Of a stretch of 64,000 nucleotides of DNA, positions 1 through 14,600 are shown one piece after another (position 1 is the stretch's first letter; every line of letters starts with the position of its first letter). Source of the DNA: Ginglymostoma cirratum (taxonomy: Eukaryota); contig JAHRHZ010000119.1 in assembly GCA_024137785.1 (NCBI GenBank), positions 3,618,171-3,682,170 on the forward strand, read 5' to 3'. Both the position numbers and the translations under genes were made by a program. The notes under the pieces were generated by a model that saw only the letters and a program-made list of their open reading frames with translations, did not search any database and was not told where the DNA came from.

Positions 1-2441
1 TTAGATGTGTAACAATTAGCATGTTATTCTGTAAAACAGATTTCACATGTGGGTTTGTTCTTGCATCTCCAAATTCATTAGTGATGCAAAATAAATTGAG
101 ATCTCCAACAGCTGAACGGAGTTGATTGTTTATTTTGTTCAAAAAAAACAAGCTTAAGTTTAAAAAAAGAATGGTGGCTGGCTTGCTAGCTAATAAAGTT
201 GAAGGTCAAACCTTTTGGGAAGTGCCAAGTTCCAACAGGCAACATGAATTAGTTCTTGTATAAAAATTACATGGATTTGAAAAGATGGAGGAGGACAACA
301 AACCCTTTCTCTGTTTGAAAGATCTCTCAATGCTAAGCTGGTTTAAAGGCCCACAAGGTGTTAACTACAAAGTTGTGAATCAATGGTCTAAGGAAAACAG
401 ATTATCCTCAAGTGTCTACTCAAGTTCAGGACCATTAGCAACTGCAAAAAAAAAACAAACAAAAAAACCACAACACTTCAGTTGCAAGTGAATAATTCTT
501 TTCTAATGTCACTGGTAACTGAGCCAACAAATCTGATCCTCCGCACAGCTTTGTTTTTGCATGCTTGGTGACAGGGTGGTTGAATGGAGGAACATGTTTC
601 ACATTAGTGGGTAGTTCAAATATTGTCGTTTGCCGGGCTAATGGAGCCAACATTTAAGACATCCTTATGTGACAGAGCCCCAAGTGGGTTTGAAAGCCAT
701 ACAGCATTAGCAGGCATCCACTCCCCTCCTCCCACCAAAAAAAGTTAGCCAATTTTGATCCTTGAAATGGAAGTCAGTGGGCACAAGTTTGAAAAGCACT
801 GGTTTGAGCTTTGATGGTACAGGGGAAAGAAAAATGATGTTTTAAGTGAAAAATGTTCTTTTGACAAAAGAAAAATTGGAGAAACTGAGCACATTGAACA
901 GTGTCTGAGGGGAGAAAATAACCACATACTACTGGATCCAAGCTTTCCCAGCAATTTGCTTTCATTTTGAAATTAAAATCTACAAGACTACAGAAAAGAA
1001 AAAAAGATGGATTTAGATGCAAAGTTACAACAGAACCATCAACATATTGGGTTGGTTCAAAATCTGTTCTCTCGAACAAAATTGGAGATTTAGGATTCAA
1101 CTGGATAATTGATGAGCCTCTTCCAAAACAAAAGCTTCCAGGTAGCACAGGAACCAAAAGAGATTAGTTAGTTAGTTGACACAACGTAACAATGGTTCAT
1201 TTCAGATTAAAAACTATTTGAATGGGTTGTTCAAGAGGGAAGTTTGTTAGCCTTTTGGCAAAAAGGCCAGGTTTAAAAGAAACACTTAGTGGTCTCAGTC
1301 AAGGGGATCAGAAGTAGGAAGGTGTGACAAAGTTAAGCGTCACAACAACCATTTGAGGATTGAGAGAATCAAAAAAGTTACTAGGGACAGCAGCAACAAA
1401 CAGTGGAATAAGCTGTTTCCTGGGAGAGGAGACAACTGTTTGATTATTTGCTGCCTCACAACAAGTAGGCCATTAAGTCTGCCTGCAGAAGGAATATTTT
1501 GCAATAAATTGGTTAATGGCCGGAAAAGCTGTTTTAGACAGCTAAGCCCAAACACAAAAGGAACAGGGAAGCTACTGCAGATAAGGCAGCAAGCCACAGA
1601 CAAGGTTCCCAGATATATAAATAATGTTGGGGATGAAAAGAATCTATTAAATCATTGATAATGTTACACCACAAACTCAAGAAAAATTGTACAAGAATTC
1701 AACACCAGAACAACTCAGTGGCAGAACTTCAAAGAACACCACAAGGAATGAATCCAAGACTTCCAGAAACAGACATGGCTGATGGAATCCAGGCCAAGTT
1801 GAGTTGGGAAGTTTAATTTGCTTAGCTGAGGGGTCATATTTAGTTACTACATGCAATAAAATTTGAATTATTGCTTCAGTATTTGATTGTTGAGATTTCT
1901 TAATCAAGTAGTAACTCAAAAAAGGTAATGTGGTAATTTACTCAAGGTGTGCAGAAATCAGCAGCTATTTTGCCAATAAGGCCAGAAAAAAAAAAACAGT
2001 AAATGCTGTAACTGAGGCATTAACAGGAAACCTCATCCCAAGCCCCGAGTTCACTGCACCATTACATGCTGTGACAATCAGAACCACTTCTATTGTTGAA
2101 TCTGACTTGATGTTTAAGCCCTTTTTAAAAATACTTATGATTGTAAACCTGTCACTGCTTAAGTAACTGGTCTTCTTTTCATCTTTAAAGATCCTTTATC
2201 CTTACTTACTTTTAATCTTGGAGTCCTTTGGGTTTCACTCACTTGGAAATATTTTAAAGGGATTTTAAAGGGTCTTAAAAGGAGTTAATCGTTGCAGAAA
2301 GGGAAGACAGTTCGCAAGGCAGGGTGGACGAAGAGAGAGACAGATTGACCGAATTGTACTTAAATAACTCCAGGAAAAACACCGCACACTAAAGTAATGC
2401 AAAGAACCTATCAGTAATTGGAGTTGAGGTTTTGCACTCAC

Positions 2442-2616
2442 CGATTGGTGACTTGACTCTGAAGAACTCAGATGGGGATGGCTGCTGGAATGTTGGTATT
2501 GGAGAGGAGTGGCCTCGCTGATTTAGTGAGGTTGCTGTAGAATGATTCTGGTTGCCAAGCAGGTCACCTAGAATATCTGGTGATGGAGGCCCCATTACAT
2601 GGGGTGGTAGAATCTC
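2442..2616 (-). CDS. EIF4ENIF1: 4E-T coding exon (EILPPHVMGPPSPDILGDLLG...FFRVKSPI)
   Basis: ttttgtacag|GAG acceptor and G|gtgagt donor; 175 nt, phase 0->1. Divergent, but ends like human LRPRIPSPIG. Confidence 0.85.
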
Positions 2617-5600
2617 CTGTACAAAAATTCAAAGTTTGATCCAAGCACATGAACAAAACCTTTTAACCAGAGCAAGAATGGGCCACAGACCATTTCCATC
2701 AGAAAGACTGACTTTCAGAAAAAAAAAGGTGTAGGTCATATTCACTTCCTTCTAAATAAAGAGAATCTTAAAAGCTCATGCGAACTTAAAAGGGTGAATG
2801 ACTTTCAAACAGTGCAGTACAAATTCAGTGCTGTGTGCAGTAGTTAAAAGTCAGTGTTTTGGAACAAGTTGGAGATTCAAATACCAAAAGTTACTTACAA
2901 ATTGATAGTGATTGCTGATGAAAAACAAAAGGAATCCAGAACTAACAAGTGATACCAGTTATATTTGGAATTTAGAAGCTAGCCATGTCCAAAACTAGAT
3001 GACCAAGATTAATTCCCCTTTTGTGTCACAGTTCAGAAAAAAAAGTAAACGGTGGCTAAGTCATTTGGATTACATTTTAGTACAAAACCATTTTATTTCC
3101 CCATTACTTTTACAAAATACCTTGATTTCAAGCAAAACTGCCTGATCAGACTGACTAGCTTTGCTCATTGATAAATCAACCCAAGTGGAACATGCAAGAA
3201 ACTTAAGCACAACACCTTCCAGTTCAGTAACCCGAGTTAAGAATGAAAAACTTGGATTAAAAGGCCTACTGGATGCAAGGGTCACATGGTAAACTGGGTC
3301 TCAACCTAGACTTGGCACAAGATGATATTTTCACAGTACATCACCTAAAATGCATGGCAGCCAAAAGGGAACAGCAAACACTGAAGTCCCAAAACTGCAG
3401 AACAAGAACTTCACAGCTCATCTCCACAAATACAGGAAACATTTGACACTAAAAACATGAAAACTAAGCCACCTGTGATTGTGAGACTTTAAAATATGAG
3501 ATTTGAACACTCAACTTAAACACAGGATACATTGATATAGTTAACAATATATACCCTCAAGTAAAATTGCTGCACTTCTCCCTGTGGCAAATGGCTTTCA
3601 GGGTAATCAGCAAGGACTGAAACGTTAGCAGCTGCAACAGGATATACAAAAGCTTATCCTTAGAGGCTGCAAGAGGACTCTGCTTGCATACTATCACAAC
3701 CTGGATGTACAAGGTTCGATCGCAAATAGCATCGATGCACTTCAGAAGCAGAAGAAGTGAGCCATAGAATAGATGCTATTACGCATGATTGAAGACTGCA
3801 AAGCAAATTATAAAGTGAAAGGAGTATTTTAAAAAGGAACAAAATTTTCTAGCAGACAATTTGAGGTTGTATTCGGCCTCAGATCCAGTGATAGAAATGG
3901 ACAATGCAGAGGTGGGACTGTTGCTAAGAGAGGTGACAACACGACTAGCTAGAGTGGTGGCAATAGTAGTGTAGTCCAAAAAAAAAAAGTGACACACCCA
4001 CAGTAGCATGGCTTCACAAAACTGAATGGCCCCATCACCTATAATTTCACTCAGCCTTCCCAATACTGAAGCAGAAGTTTGTTTCAAAAAGTCATAACTA
4101 TTAAGATGCAACATTGACTTTGTCTCAAGCTGGCTTAGCTTCATTTCTAGCCTATGTAACGGAGGCAAAGAAACTTCCAATAAAGACTAACAGTGGAAGA
4201 GAAGTAGTGACGTGAAGGCCTACCACGAAATACTTTGGCTATGCAGATGTGGTTACTGAGCTAAGTGTTGCAAGGTCTACTATGGTTGACCATGCCGAGA
4301 GATAAATAAGGATAATGGAATGTAACCAGCTGATATAGGCTCACAATGGAAACGTTTTACTAAGCCAGCTAGCAAGGATGTAAAACCAGGTTAAAAGAAA
4401 TAGGAGTCGAGCACTTCTGTGAGATGAAGATCTTATACACAATGTCCTAATTAAGCATGGTAAAAGCAGAGAGAACAAAGGGTTACAGAGCAGGGTAACA
4501 GCTATGAGCAAACCCAAGCCAGTGAAGAGATGCGATTTGGCATAGTAAGTATACTAAAACAAGAACTGTATCAAACTACCATCCCACAGTCACTGCGGAA
4601 TCAAAGCGAAATTATAAAAACCGAGCAGGACTGCTGAAACAAGTCCCACTAACAAGTCTCAGCAAAATAATGTTAGCAGTAAGAGTGCAAAATTAAAGTG
4701 GTGCTACTGTCAATTAACCTTAGCTAGTTTGATATTCAAGGTTTGCACTCAAAACACCAATTTTGGATCCTTCAACACATGACACAGCAAAAATCACAGT
4801 TTCCAGACTACTAAATTAAAATGTAAAGAAATTAGGTCAAAGTAGTGACAAATTAGCAATAAAAATCCACTGGAGGTCTGTGAAAACAAGGGCAGTGAAT
4901 TTCAGAAAGAACATCCATACGTACAAGGTCAGAAGCTTCCCAGCTGCTCACTAGAGCTTGTAACTACACTGGCATTTCAAAGAGACACCCATTCGAACTA
5001 GATGCTCAAAAATAACTTGAATAAATAAATTCACATCATCTAGGCCACTAAGAGCTTTGAAGAAGCTTCCATATTATGCGGTCAGTTCTAATTCAGCCAA
5101 TTCTGAAGCCTACGTACACAAGTTTACTCTACTAGACATAATAGCTGCTCAAATATTGAATAACCAAAAGGCCACAAAAAGTCTTTCATATGCTTTACTA
5201 GAGGATGCCAGTGTTGAGTGAAGCTAAGTGTTAGCCTAGAACAATGTTGAGGCTGCATATTCACATGTCTCAACCATTAGGCTCTGCTCAATTTTTATAA
5301 TGACTATTACTTATTATGCCCATCACTACGATCAAGTGGTCAAACCATAACAAAAAGATTAGTCAAAACCTGACTCTAAAATCAACCATCTACTTACAGG
5401 GGGTTTCGGTTGTGAAGGCAGAGTCCCACTTGCCTTCATAGTGTTAACCAATTTATTGAAAGCAGTCATGTCCATGTCTCTTTGAGCTGGCTTGGAACCT
5501 GATGAAGAGGTCAAAGTCTGTTCCAGATGTTCAACCATGAATGGAGTGGCAAGTTTCCTTTCTGGTTCTACTTTGAGACCCTTCAGACCTGCCTCCACTT

Positions 5601-8600
5601 CTTCCACAGATAACACCACTCCAGTCTGTGCTGTAAAGCAGATGACAGTAACAGAAAACCTATTGATTTCATTCATGTTTTAAGCAATGCTTTGGGGTTA
5701 GAAAATGAGCACTGCTGTTTGTGATACAAGGAACCATGCATTTTTTCAAATTTAAGTGTGCAAACTGACTTCATTCTTTTCACATGGTATCAGCACAAAC
5801 TGCAGCTTTCACAAGCAGCCAGGATTGTACCAAACTACCATCCCACATTCACTGTGGAATCAAACTAAACTTCACGTTCCCCAAGTTATGATATAGTTGT
5901 GACTCAGTCAAAAGCTCCTAACTTAGGTTAAGATCAGCTTTGTCATGCTCACAATTAGAAGTTTGGAATTCAAGGGTCAGAGAGGAAAGCACCCCCCCCC
6001 CCCCCAGTCCATAAAATAACCCGAATAGCACACAGGTTCAAGCTTATTCATGCGATCACTGAATCTGTACAAAAGGGTCTTTTAGGATGCCATGAAGAAA
6101 TCCAACAAGACAGCTTAGAAACCAAGTTTTATGCAGGGTGGTTGGAAACTCAAAACAATGGAAAAGCAACTGGATTATTTCAGACTGCACTTCAAACTGT
6201 TCTGAGCCAAGTATAAAAATAGACACGTACAACTCTCCTTCAGCTTCTCCTTATTGGCTGTGAGACTGGATAGCAGTGGTTTCACATCCACATTTGCTTT
6301 TCGCAGAATCTCTAGAATATCAACCTTTTTATTAACCTCCTTATTATCTTCTCTTGACTGAATGGGAGCAAAGTAGTTACCAAGTTGTGAAACAGGTGTT
6401 GGGATCCTCTGTTCCAGACCTGTGCAAAGCAAAAATAAAGCTTAGGGTTCTTTACAATGACAAAGGTTCAGCTATCAAGACCTATTCAGAATATAAAACA
6501 CAATAGTACAACGTGACAGATTACATTCACATCCAAAATGCAGTCAGCCATGAAGCTAATTAAAAATTGGAGGACAGTCACCAGCATCGACAGCATGCTG
6601 CTGACTATTGTTCGAGGGAGAGGGCAGGAGTAAAGGGCACAGAAACATGGTCATTTATGAAGCTCCTCTTCCGTCTTACAAAAGATAGTAGCTAGCAATA
6701 ATTTACATAAGAAAATGTCAGTCAGTACTTAACTGGATGGAAAGCACTGGTTAAAAACTATTGTAATGGAAGTGATATTTAAACCCAACTTCTTGACAGA
6801 GTTTTGAACATTCTCTTCCACAGCACAGTGGAGTATGTGAAACAGCAACGAGTCTCTGGAAATAAATTCTGTTGTTAATCTAAAATGGGAGGCCTCATTT
6901 TTAAGTTATCCCCACAGGTGAAGCATTCTCAGTGTCGATCCTGTCGAGCCCTTTGGGGATCTGTTTCAACAAGATCATCTCTCTGATGCTCCTTACAAAT
7001 GGTTGAGATTTTCACATTCCACTTCCTTGAAGGAAGAGCCATTGAATTTACCCTCCTACTTGCTGCAACTGAATGCCAACTTGAATTTATCCTCAACTTG
7101 TCTTCCTACCAAACTATACATCAAACTTCAGCTCCAACACAACCTGTCCCTTCTTCCAAGTCATTAGAATGAACAAACAGTTGATGCCCCAGCTGATACC
7201 TGTAGCAGAGTAGTTATGGTTAGTCAAACAATAGTTTATCCCAAATCAATTTTCTATTATCCCATCCTCTAACCACACTAATATTACTCTAGTACTGGAC
7301 CTTGATCTTGTAGCAAGAAAAAGACTCACTGCACTTTATTGAAGGCCTTTTGGAAACCCCATTATACCACCTCTACTGGTTCCACTGACCTGGTTATAGC
7401 TAAAGCTCTAATAACTCTGTTGAGCCATTTCCCTTTCAAAGGAATGTGAACTTGACTGGATTACATTTTCCCCCAATGTTCAGTTATAACTCCTTAATAG
7501 CTGTCACTATTACCACAATCTCAAGTTTAGGCTAACTAACCAACCATTGCCTACTTTAAGCAGTCTTCCTTGACCAGAACTGGCACACTTGCAGTTTTCC
7601 AAGCCACTGGAACCATAATCAGAACCTGGGGAAGCTATGGAATACTATGAATTCACCAGTTATCACTGCACCCACTTCTCAACCAGAAGTTATACCCTTC
7701 ATAGACCTGCCAGCCTTTGGTTATTGCATTTTACTCAATTCCTCTTTCTATTGACTGTGGATGGGAGGATTTTCTACTCCAGCTCTCAAAATGAAGAGAA
7801 TGAAGCTTCAGTTCAGAATGGAGTGGAAGATATACCTGAATAGATAATGCCAATGATCTTCAAAAGGACAGAAACCAGAGACATTTGATAGGTTTGTCTT
7901 TTTATTTGTACAGAATAGATTGGCAATGCCAACAACAGTTGCTGCATAGTGAGCAGATAGTGGTGGCGGCAGTGAGCACCATCTTGAACTATAGTTCTTG
8001 ATGTAGGACCACTAGTACTGTTAGAGATGAAGCCCAGGACTTGACTTGATGACAGCAAACGAACCAATAATTTCAAGTCAGGATTATGGGGCTTAGAAAG
8101 GAAGCTTGGTGGTGCTCCCGTGGTCCTTTTTGGTGATAGAGTTCATTGGTTTGGAATGTGCCACAAAGCATTAGCAAGCTGTGGTACAACACTGTAGATT
8201 GAATAAACGTTGAAAGGTGATGGATAGGGTACAAGTCAAGCAGGTTACTTTTTCCCAGGATAGTCATGGTTAGTGTTGTGCAGCACCCAGCTAGCAAGTG
8301 CAGAATATTCCACCATGTAAGGCACAAGTCTGAAATAGGTGAAGAGCAGGTTTTGGGCACATCTGGAGAGTTAGTTACCACAATTCCCAGCCTCTACCCT
8401 GCTCATGTTGCCACAATATTTATGATTGGTGCAAGACAGTTTCTGGTCAGTGGTAAAACCCAGGATGTTGATAGTGGGGGAATTCAGTGATGATATGGCA
8501 CTAAGCGTCACAAGTGTTTAAGCTCACTTGGTAGCTGTTGCCTGGCATGCGTAGCCTGAAAGTCACTTGCCAATCATTAGCCCAGGCATGGATGTTGTCC

Positions 8601-11600
8601 TGATCCTGCCATGGTGAGGGACTGCTACAGCATCCAACCGGTCACAAAATAATACTGAAAACTGAGCAGCTGTCAGCTGATATTCCCACTTCTGATCCTA
8701 TGAAGTGGAGGGAAGGTTGGTGAAGCAGTTCAAGGCGTTTGGGCCCACAAACCCCTGCACTGATGTTTGGAGTGGGAGACAGCACCAACAAGGGATTTTG
8801 GTTGTTGGTCAGCTACACGGGACTTGAAATCAGGACCGCCCCCCACCCCCCACCCAAAATGTCATGACCTACAGAACAGAGTCTTCAAACAGTCTGCTGA
8901 TCTGAGATAAAGAGGTTTGATTTCCAGCAATTAAGAAATCAAGTCAAAACTCATAGCACAAATTTCAGGTTCAGGATGTTAAGTGAGTAATTAAGGCTAA
9001 TGTACTAACCCCACTAAGTGGTCAGATTCAATACTGCTTCAATTGCTCAACAGCATTGTCTGTGACATAGAGCTGCAAGTGGTTCCAACCTGCAAGGAAC
9101 AAGCACAAACTAGGTGTAGGCCATTTGGCCACTCAAGCTTGCCCTGCCATTCAACAAGGTCATGGCTGACCTGCCCCCAAATATGAACCCCTTTCATTAC
9201 AGCTCAGCATAGCCCTCAACTTCAATATTTTAAAAAAAAACTTAAATGTTCTGACCTAGCCCACACAACTCTAGGATAGAGAATTCCAGACATACATTAT
9301 TCTTTAGGAGAAAATATTCTATTCCATCCTGTTTTTAAAAAAGGTGTCCCCTTGTTTGGTAAGCTCACCCCTACGTGAAGATTCATTCTTATTTAGGGGA
9401 ACATTTCAACGGCTATCACATTAACCTCCTTCAAAATCTTAGGCACAGAATTGGCTGGATCAGATGTCTGTCACACACCAAGAGTTTATACCTACTACTA
9501 AACGTCCAACTTTTGATGAACTCCTTCCTCATAACTAAAAAAGTTGCCCCTATTATCTTAGTGACCATTGAAGAACTTAGATTCAGCAAAATGAACGGGT
9601 ACAACTAATGAATAACCATTTCTCAGAACTTAGAATGAAGGCCAGTGATTAGGTAATGGATTTCAATCAGTATTTACCAAGTCCTGTAGAAATTATTCTC
9701 TTCAAGTTCCTCAACCTTGCTGGACCCCTTCATTCACCACAACGCAAAGATATATCCACTTTAAAATTTACCACTCACTCATCTTTCTAGGCTCCATATT
9801 GCTTCCTGGTGATCAAATTGTTCAATTTATTGCAATTTCATGATCAAAGTCAGTTTACATTTACAACTTCCAATTGGGTTGTTGGATCAAGTATCTACAG
9901 TTTGCCTCTAAGCAGGCTGGTTGGAACCAGTGACAGCAGTGGTTCAAGGAGGCTGGATAGGAAATGGAGGGTGTCAAACTGACTGCGGAGAATTTTTGGG
10001 CAAGTCTAGTGTTGTTTTGTACAAAACTAATGTGGTTGGTCATTAATTCTATTGTTTTTCAGTTTAATGCTAATCAGTATAAGACTGGCAGAGTTTTGAA
10101 GCTTCAAGTGAAATAGCAGCTTAAAGATCAGCTGAAACTGGATTCTGGGCTTTTTTGTCCAAAGAGCACATTAAACTAGCCATGTTAGTGAGACATTGTC
10201 AGAGTTAAGTGATTCAGGGAGTAAAGTAAGAAAATTCTGAACTATTTCCACCTTCTGGAATTGCTTCATCCTCTGCTACAGGAAAATGAGCTAGTCAGTT
10301 GGAATGCATCTAAGTTATATTCTATTCCTGTAGCTCAAAATGGCATAGCCAGTTAGCAAGAATAATGAAGCATGATCTTAAAGTGGAATACAATTATATG
10401 GTTACGTAAAACCCAAAAGGATGGCAGGTAATGTGTCAATAAAGCATGTCAGAAGTTCTAAGTTGGTTCAGAACAAACATCTTGAGCAAGTATTTGAAGT
10501 TCAAACAGTCTCAGTTCATACTTTATGATCTAGGTTGGAAACTGATGGACCGCTTTGTAGAACACCTGCACTCAGTCCGCAATAAACAACTGCGCCTCCC
10601 AGTCGTGAACCATTTCAACTCCCCCTCCCGTTCCTCAGACGACCTGTCCATCCTGGGCCTCCTGCAATGCCACAGTGATGCCGCCTGAAGGCTGCAGGAA
10701 CAGCAACTCATTCAGCCTGGGAACCCTGCAGCCCAATGGCATCAATGTGGATTTCACAAGCTTCAAAATCTCCCCTCCCCCAACCGCATCCCAAAACCAG
10801 CCCAGCTCATCTCCACCTCCCTAACCGGTCTTTCCTCTCACCTATCCCCACCTCAAGCCACACCCCCATCTCCTATCTACTAACATCATCCCGCCCCCTT
10901 GACCTGTCCGTCCTCCCTGGACTGACCTATCTCCTCCCTATCCCCCCACCTACACTCACCTTTACTGGCTCCATCCCCGCCTCTTCGACTTGTCTGCCTC
11001 CTCTCCACCTATCTTATCCTCTATCCGCCTCCGCCTCCCCCTCTCCCTATTTATTTCAGAACCCTCTTCCCCGCCCCCATTTCTGAAGGGTCTAGGCCCA
11101 AAACGTCAAGCTTTCCTGCTCCTCTGATGCTGCTTGGCCTGCTGTGTTCATCCAGCCCCATGCCTTGTTATCTTGGAAACTGATTGAGGTTGGTTACAGG
11201 GATCCAGAGGGCAGGAGCCTCAGCCTTTGCACAGACTGGACAACTGAAGTTCTTTTAGCTTGCCTGGATGACTATCAAGGCTGCATGGCAGCTGAGCTAA
11301 CTGGCCATGGCACATCAAGCCACTCCAGATAGAGAAGATCAAGAAATTCATGATAGTAAAGGGTCAGTGCAGTGAGGGGAAATAGACACTATTAATGACT
11401 TCTGCTCTTTGCACAGAACAAGAGGAAGGGGTGGAGAGTATGAATTTGAGAGTCAACCAACAGATACAGCAAAAATTTACAATGATAAAACTAAAGGCTC
11501 TGTATCTGAACAGATACAACATTCAAAGTGTGTGTAAACAGAAAATGGGCAAGTCTGGTGGTCAGGAGAGACATGGCTGCAGCATGACATTAGGACATGA

Positions 11601-14600
11601 ATTTAAGGGTTACAGGAAATTTAGGAATCACCGGTTAGAAGAAAAAAGGGGAGAGATCTTTGTTAGAGAATGGGTGACCCAAGTTCAGGAAAACAAAGGT
11701 AACAGTTAGAATGACAAGGCAAGAAAAACATCCTGTGCATCCCACAGATAACAGTAACAGTGGGGCATTAAAAAAAATGAGCTTGTCAGAAAGGAAGGAG
11801 GTAATAATCATGACAGACTTTCAGCTACATGCAGTGCTGAATGGAAGTTACTTTGACAGAGGTTGCCTCTGTTGGGATCCTAATAGGCTGAGATAGTTGA
11901 TGCATTGACTTTAAAATTTTCAAAAAACTCCCTTAATCCTGAGAAGGTCCCATTAGACTGCAAGGTAATGCAATGTCTTCACTCCTTTGAATAAAAAGGA
12001 GTGAAGGAAAAAAGTTATAGGCCAGTTAGCTTAACAGTCAAATCAGGAAAATATTAGAAGTTAAAGTAACAGCACAGCCTATAGATAAGTTCAAGGTAGC
12101 GAGGCAGATTCTAGAGAAAAAAAATTTAACATACATTGCGGATAAAGGGGATCCAGTGGATGTGCAGTATTTTGGTTTCCAGAAGACATTTGATAAAACG
12201 CCTCCAAAACATTGAGGAAACCAACAGCTCAGGAACAGGTATGGGTAGGTATAAAAAAGTTGGCTAACAGGAAGCAGGCATGTCATGCAAGTGCATCTTT
12301 TCGCGTTAGAAAGGTGAAATGAGTTGTGTGCCACTGGGGATCAGTACTGGGGCCTCAATGTTACAGTTTACATGAATGGCTTGAATTAGATGGACAACAT
12401 GCTAAATTTACTGACAATGATAGGAGGAAAGGAAATTGAAAAAGATTAAGGTTAAGTTGACATGGATGTGGTAAATGGATCATGGGGCAAAGTGTATAAG
12501 TCTCTATTTTGCCAGGAATAAAAAGCAGCATATTGTCTAAGTACAGGGATTGCAGAGCTTAGGTGTTGAATGATTTGGGTTCCACATGCTGAAATAGTCA
12601 AGCTTACTATGCAGGTGAGCAAATTTAAGAACTCATTAATCACAAGCAGAATTAAGTTCAAAAGCAGGATTCTATTCATTATACAGGGCACTAGTAAGCC
12701 ACATCCAGAATACCATTATACTATTGGTCAACTTAATGATTAATGATATATTCATTGGAAGCTGCTCAGATTCATCTGAAATTGGGAGTGGAGGGGCAAG
12801 ATGGTAAGGCTAGGCTTGTATCCACTAGTATTTAAAAACTGCACAGGTGACATCACAAACCTACAAAGTCCTGAGGAATCTTGACAGGGAGTAGATGTGG
12901 AGATGTTACAGGAGAGCCAAGAACAAAAAAGGGATCAACCATTTGAAGCAGAGGTATTCAAAAAAGGTGGAAGTGGAGTCCTTAAATATTTTTAAAGCAG
13001 TGATAGATCTATTCTTGATAAGGAATGGAAAGAAAAGGTTAGAGTAGGAGAATGTGTGTAATTCATGAAACAAACAATCTCAGTCATGATCTTAATGACT
13101 GGAACATGCTTGTGGAGCTGAATGTCTACTCCTGCTTCCAGATGGCATACCTACTAATACCCTCAGCCATGAGCAAAACTGCAAATTAGTCACTTAAAAC
13201 AGTGAATTAGATTTGGCCCACATCAAGTCTTTATTCATCAAGGCCCAAGAAAGTCTAAAGAAACAAGCTAAGCCACATTTGTCTGCATTAAGTCTTACCA
13301 GCAAGTCTTTCAAGTTCTTCATGCGGGGTAGATCGTAAACTACTGGATCGGCTACCTGGTCGACTCACGTTACTAGAGAACCACTGGCTGAACCGGCTGG
13401 ATGATACTGATCCTTCACCCAGCACCTCTTCGATCATCTAAAGTTTTTAAAAAATCCAAAAAGAGGAAATATTATGCCACAAATCAAACCAAATTCAAGA
13501 AGCAAACTAGAGAAGAGCTTTGAACTTACGTCACACAGCGACTTGGCACTAAATTTGGAAGTTGAGTTTGAACTCCATTTCCCAACACGACAGATGGGGT
13601 AGCTGACTGCATCTCCACATCGCTGGCTGGCTGCTCAATTAGTGCAACAGACATCACCCCCTCCCAAAAAAATCATAACACCATTTAAGTTTCAGTAACA
13701 CATCTATTCATGGTTAGTGATGGGCATAACAAATAGACATTCAATTGAGCTTTCATTGGCATCCTTAAGTGACAAAATTTAGTATTCAAGGGAGCAAGCA
13801 CACCAAACCGTTAGTCTAACTTCAGAATTAATGTTTCCAAATCCGAACTAGAGCATGGCCTTACTGGCCCTATATCCAGTAATATACACTGGATGCAGAT
13901 TGAAGATCAGGATTAGGAGTAGACCACGACTGATTCACATCCATGTCAACATTAAATGCAATCAGCTCATCGCTGCCTCAACTCCATTTTTCTGCCCATT
14001 CACCAGTATTCCAGGACACCAAAAGTACAATTTAAGCCTGAAATGATTTTAAATAACTAAGAAAATTCTGAAGATTAATAACCCTTTCAGTGAAGAAATT
14101 TCAATCTTAAATGAATGAATCAGTCTCTTATGCTCAGAACTGCGCACCAAAAGGTTCTAAATTCTCTAGCCTTAGTTTATATTAAGCCTCTGCAGAAAGT
14201 TCATGCTTTAAATGAGACCACTATTCATTCTTCTACATCCCCAGAGAGTGTGCGTGCTCAATTTACTCAGCACATTATTGGACAGCCCTCTAGTTCCAGG
14301 GAGGAATGCAAAGGATTGTATTGTACTAGTTCCAATGGATGTGGACCTTCAATTTAAATACAGAGACCAAACTATTTAGGACTCTAACTGTGGTCTTAAG
14401 GTCTTTATTGGTCAAGACTACCCTACATGCATAATCCAAATCCCTTTTGAACAAATTAGGCCAACATACTATTTTCCTTGTAATTACTTGCTGCACCCAA
14501 GTTCAATTTCAACACAAGTTGCAAACTTTAAGACATTTGAACTTTACAAGTTGCTATTTGAAATGCACAGAATCAGATTTCTTGCAGCAGTGGCCATTTG

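Noticed and set aside
1-2441. Expected next 4E-T exons (GFTPGPQQ...MRKPMSP) and the small ORFs listed here
   Set aside because: No matching exon with splice sites was found, and the ORFs show no homology, so the region is treated as intron.
4567-4605. IRE-like CAGUG loop or H/ACA snoRNA 3' end in the duplicated 39-mer
   Set aside because: The 5-bp upper stem and C bulge of an IRE do not form, and no lower stem or H box supports an H/ACA fold.
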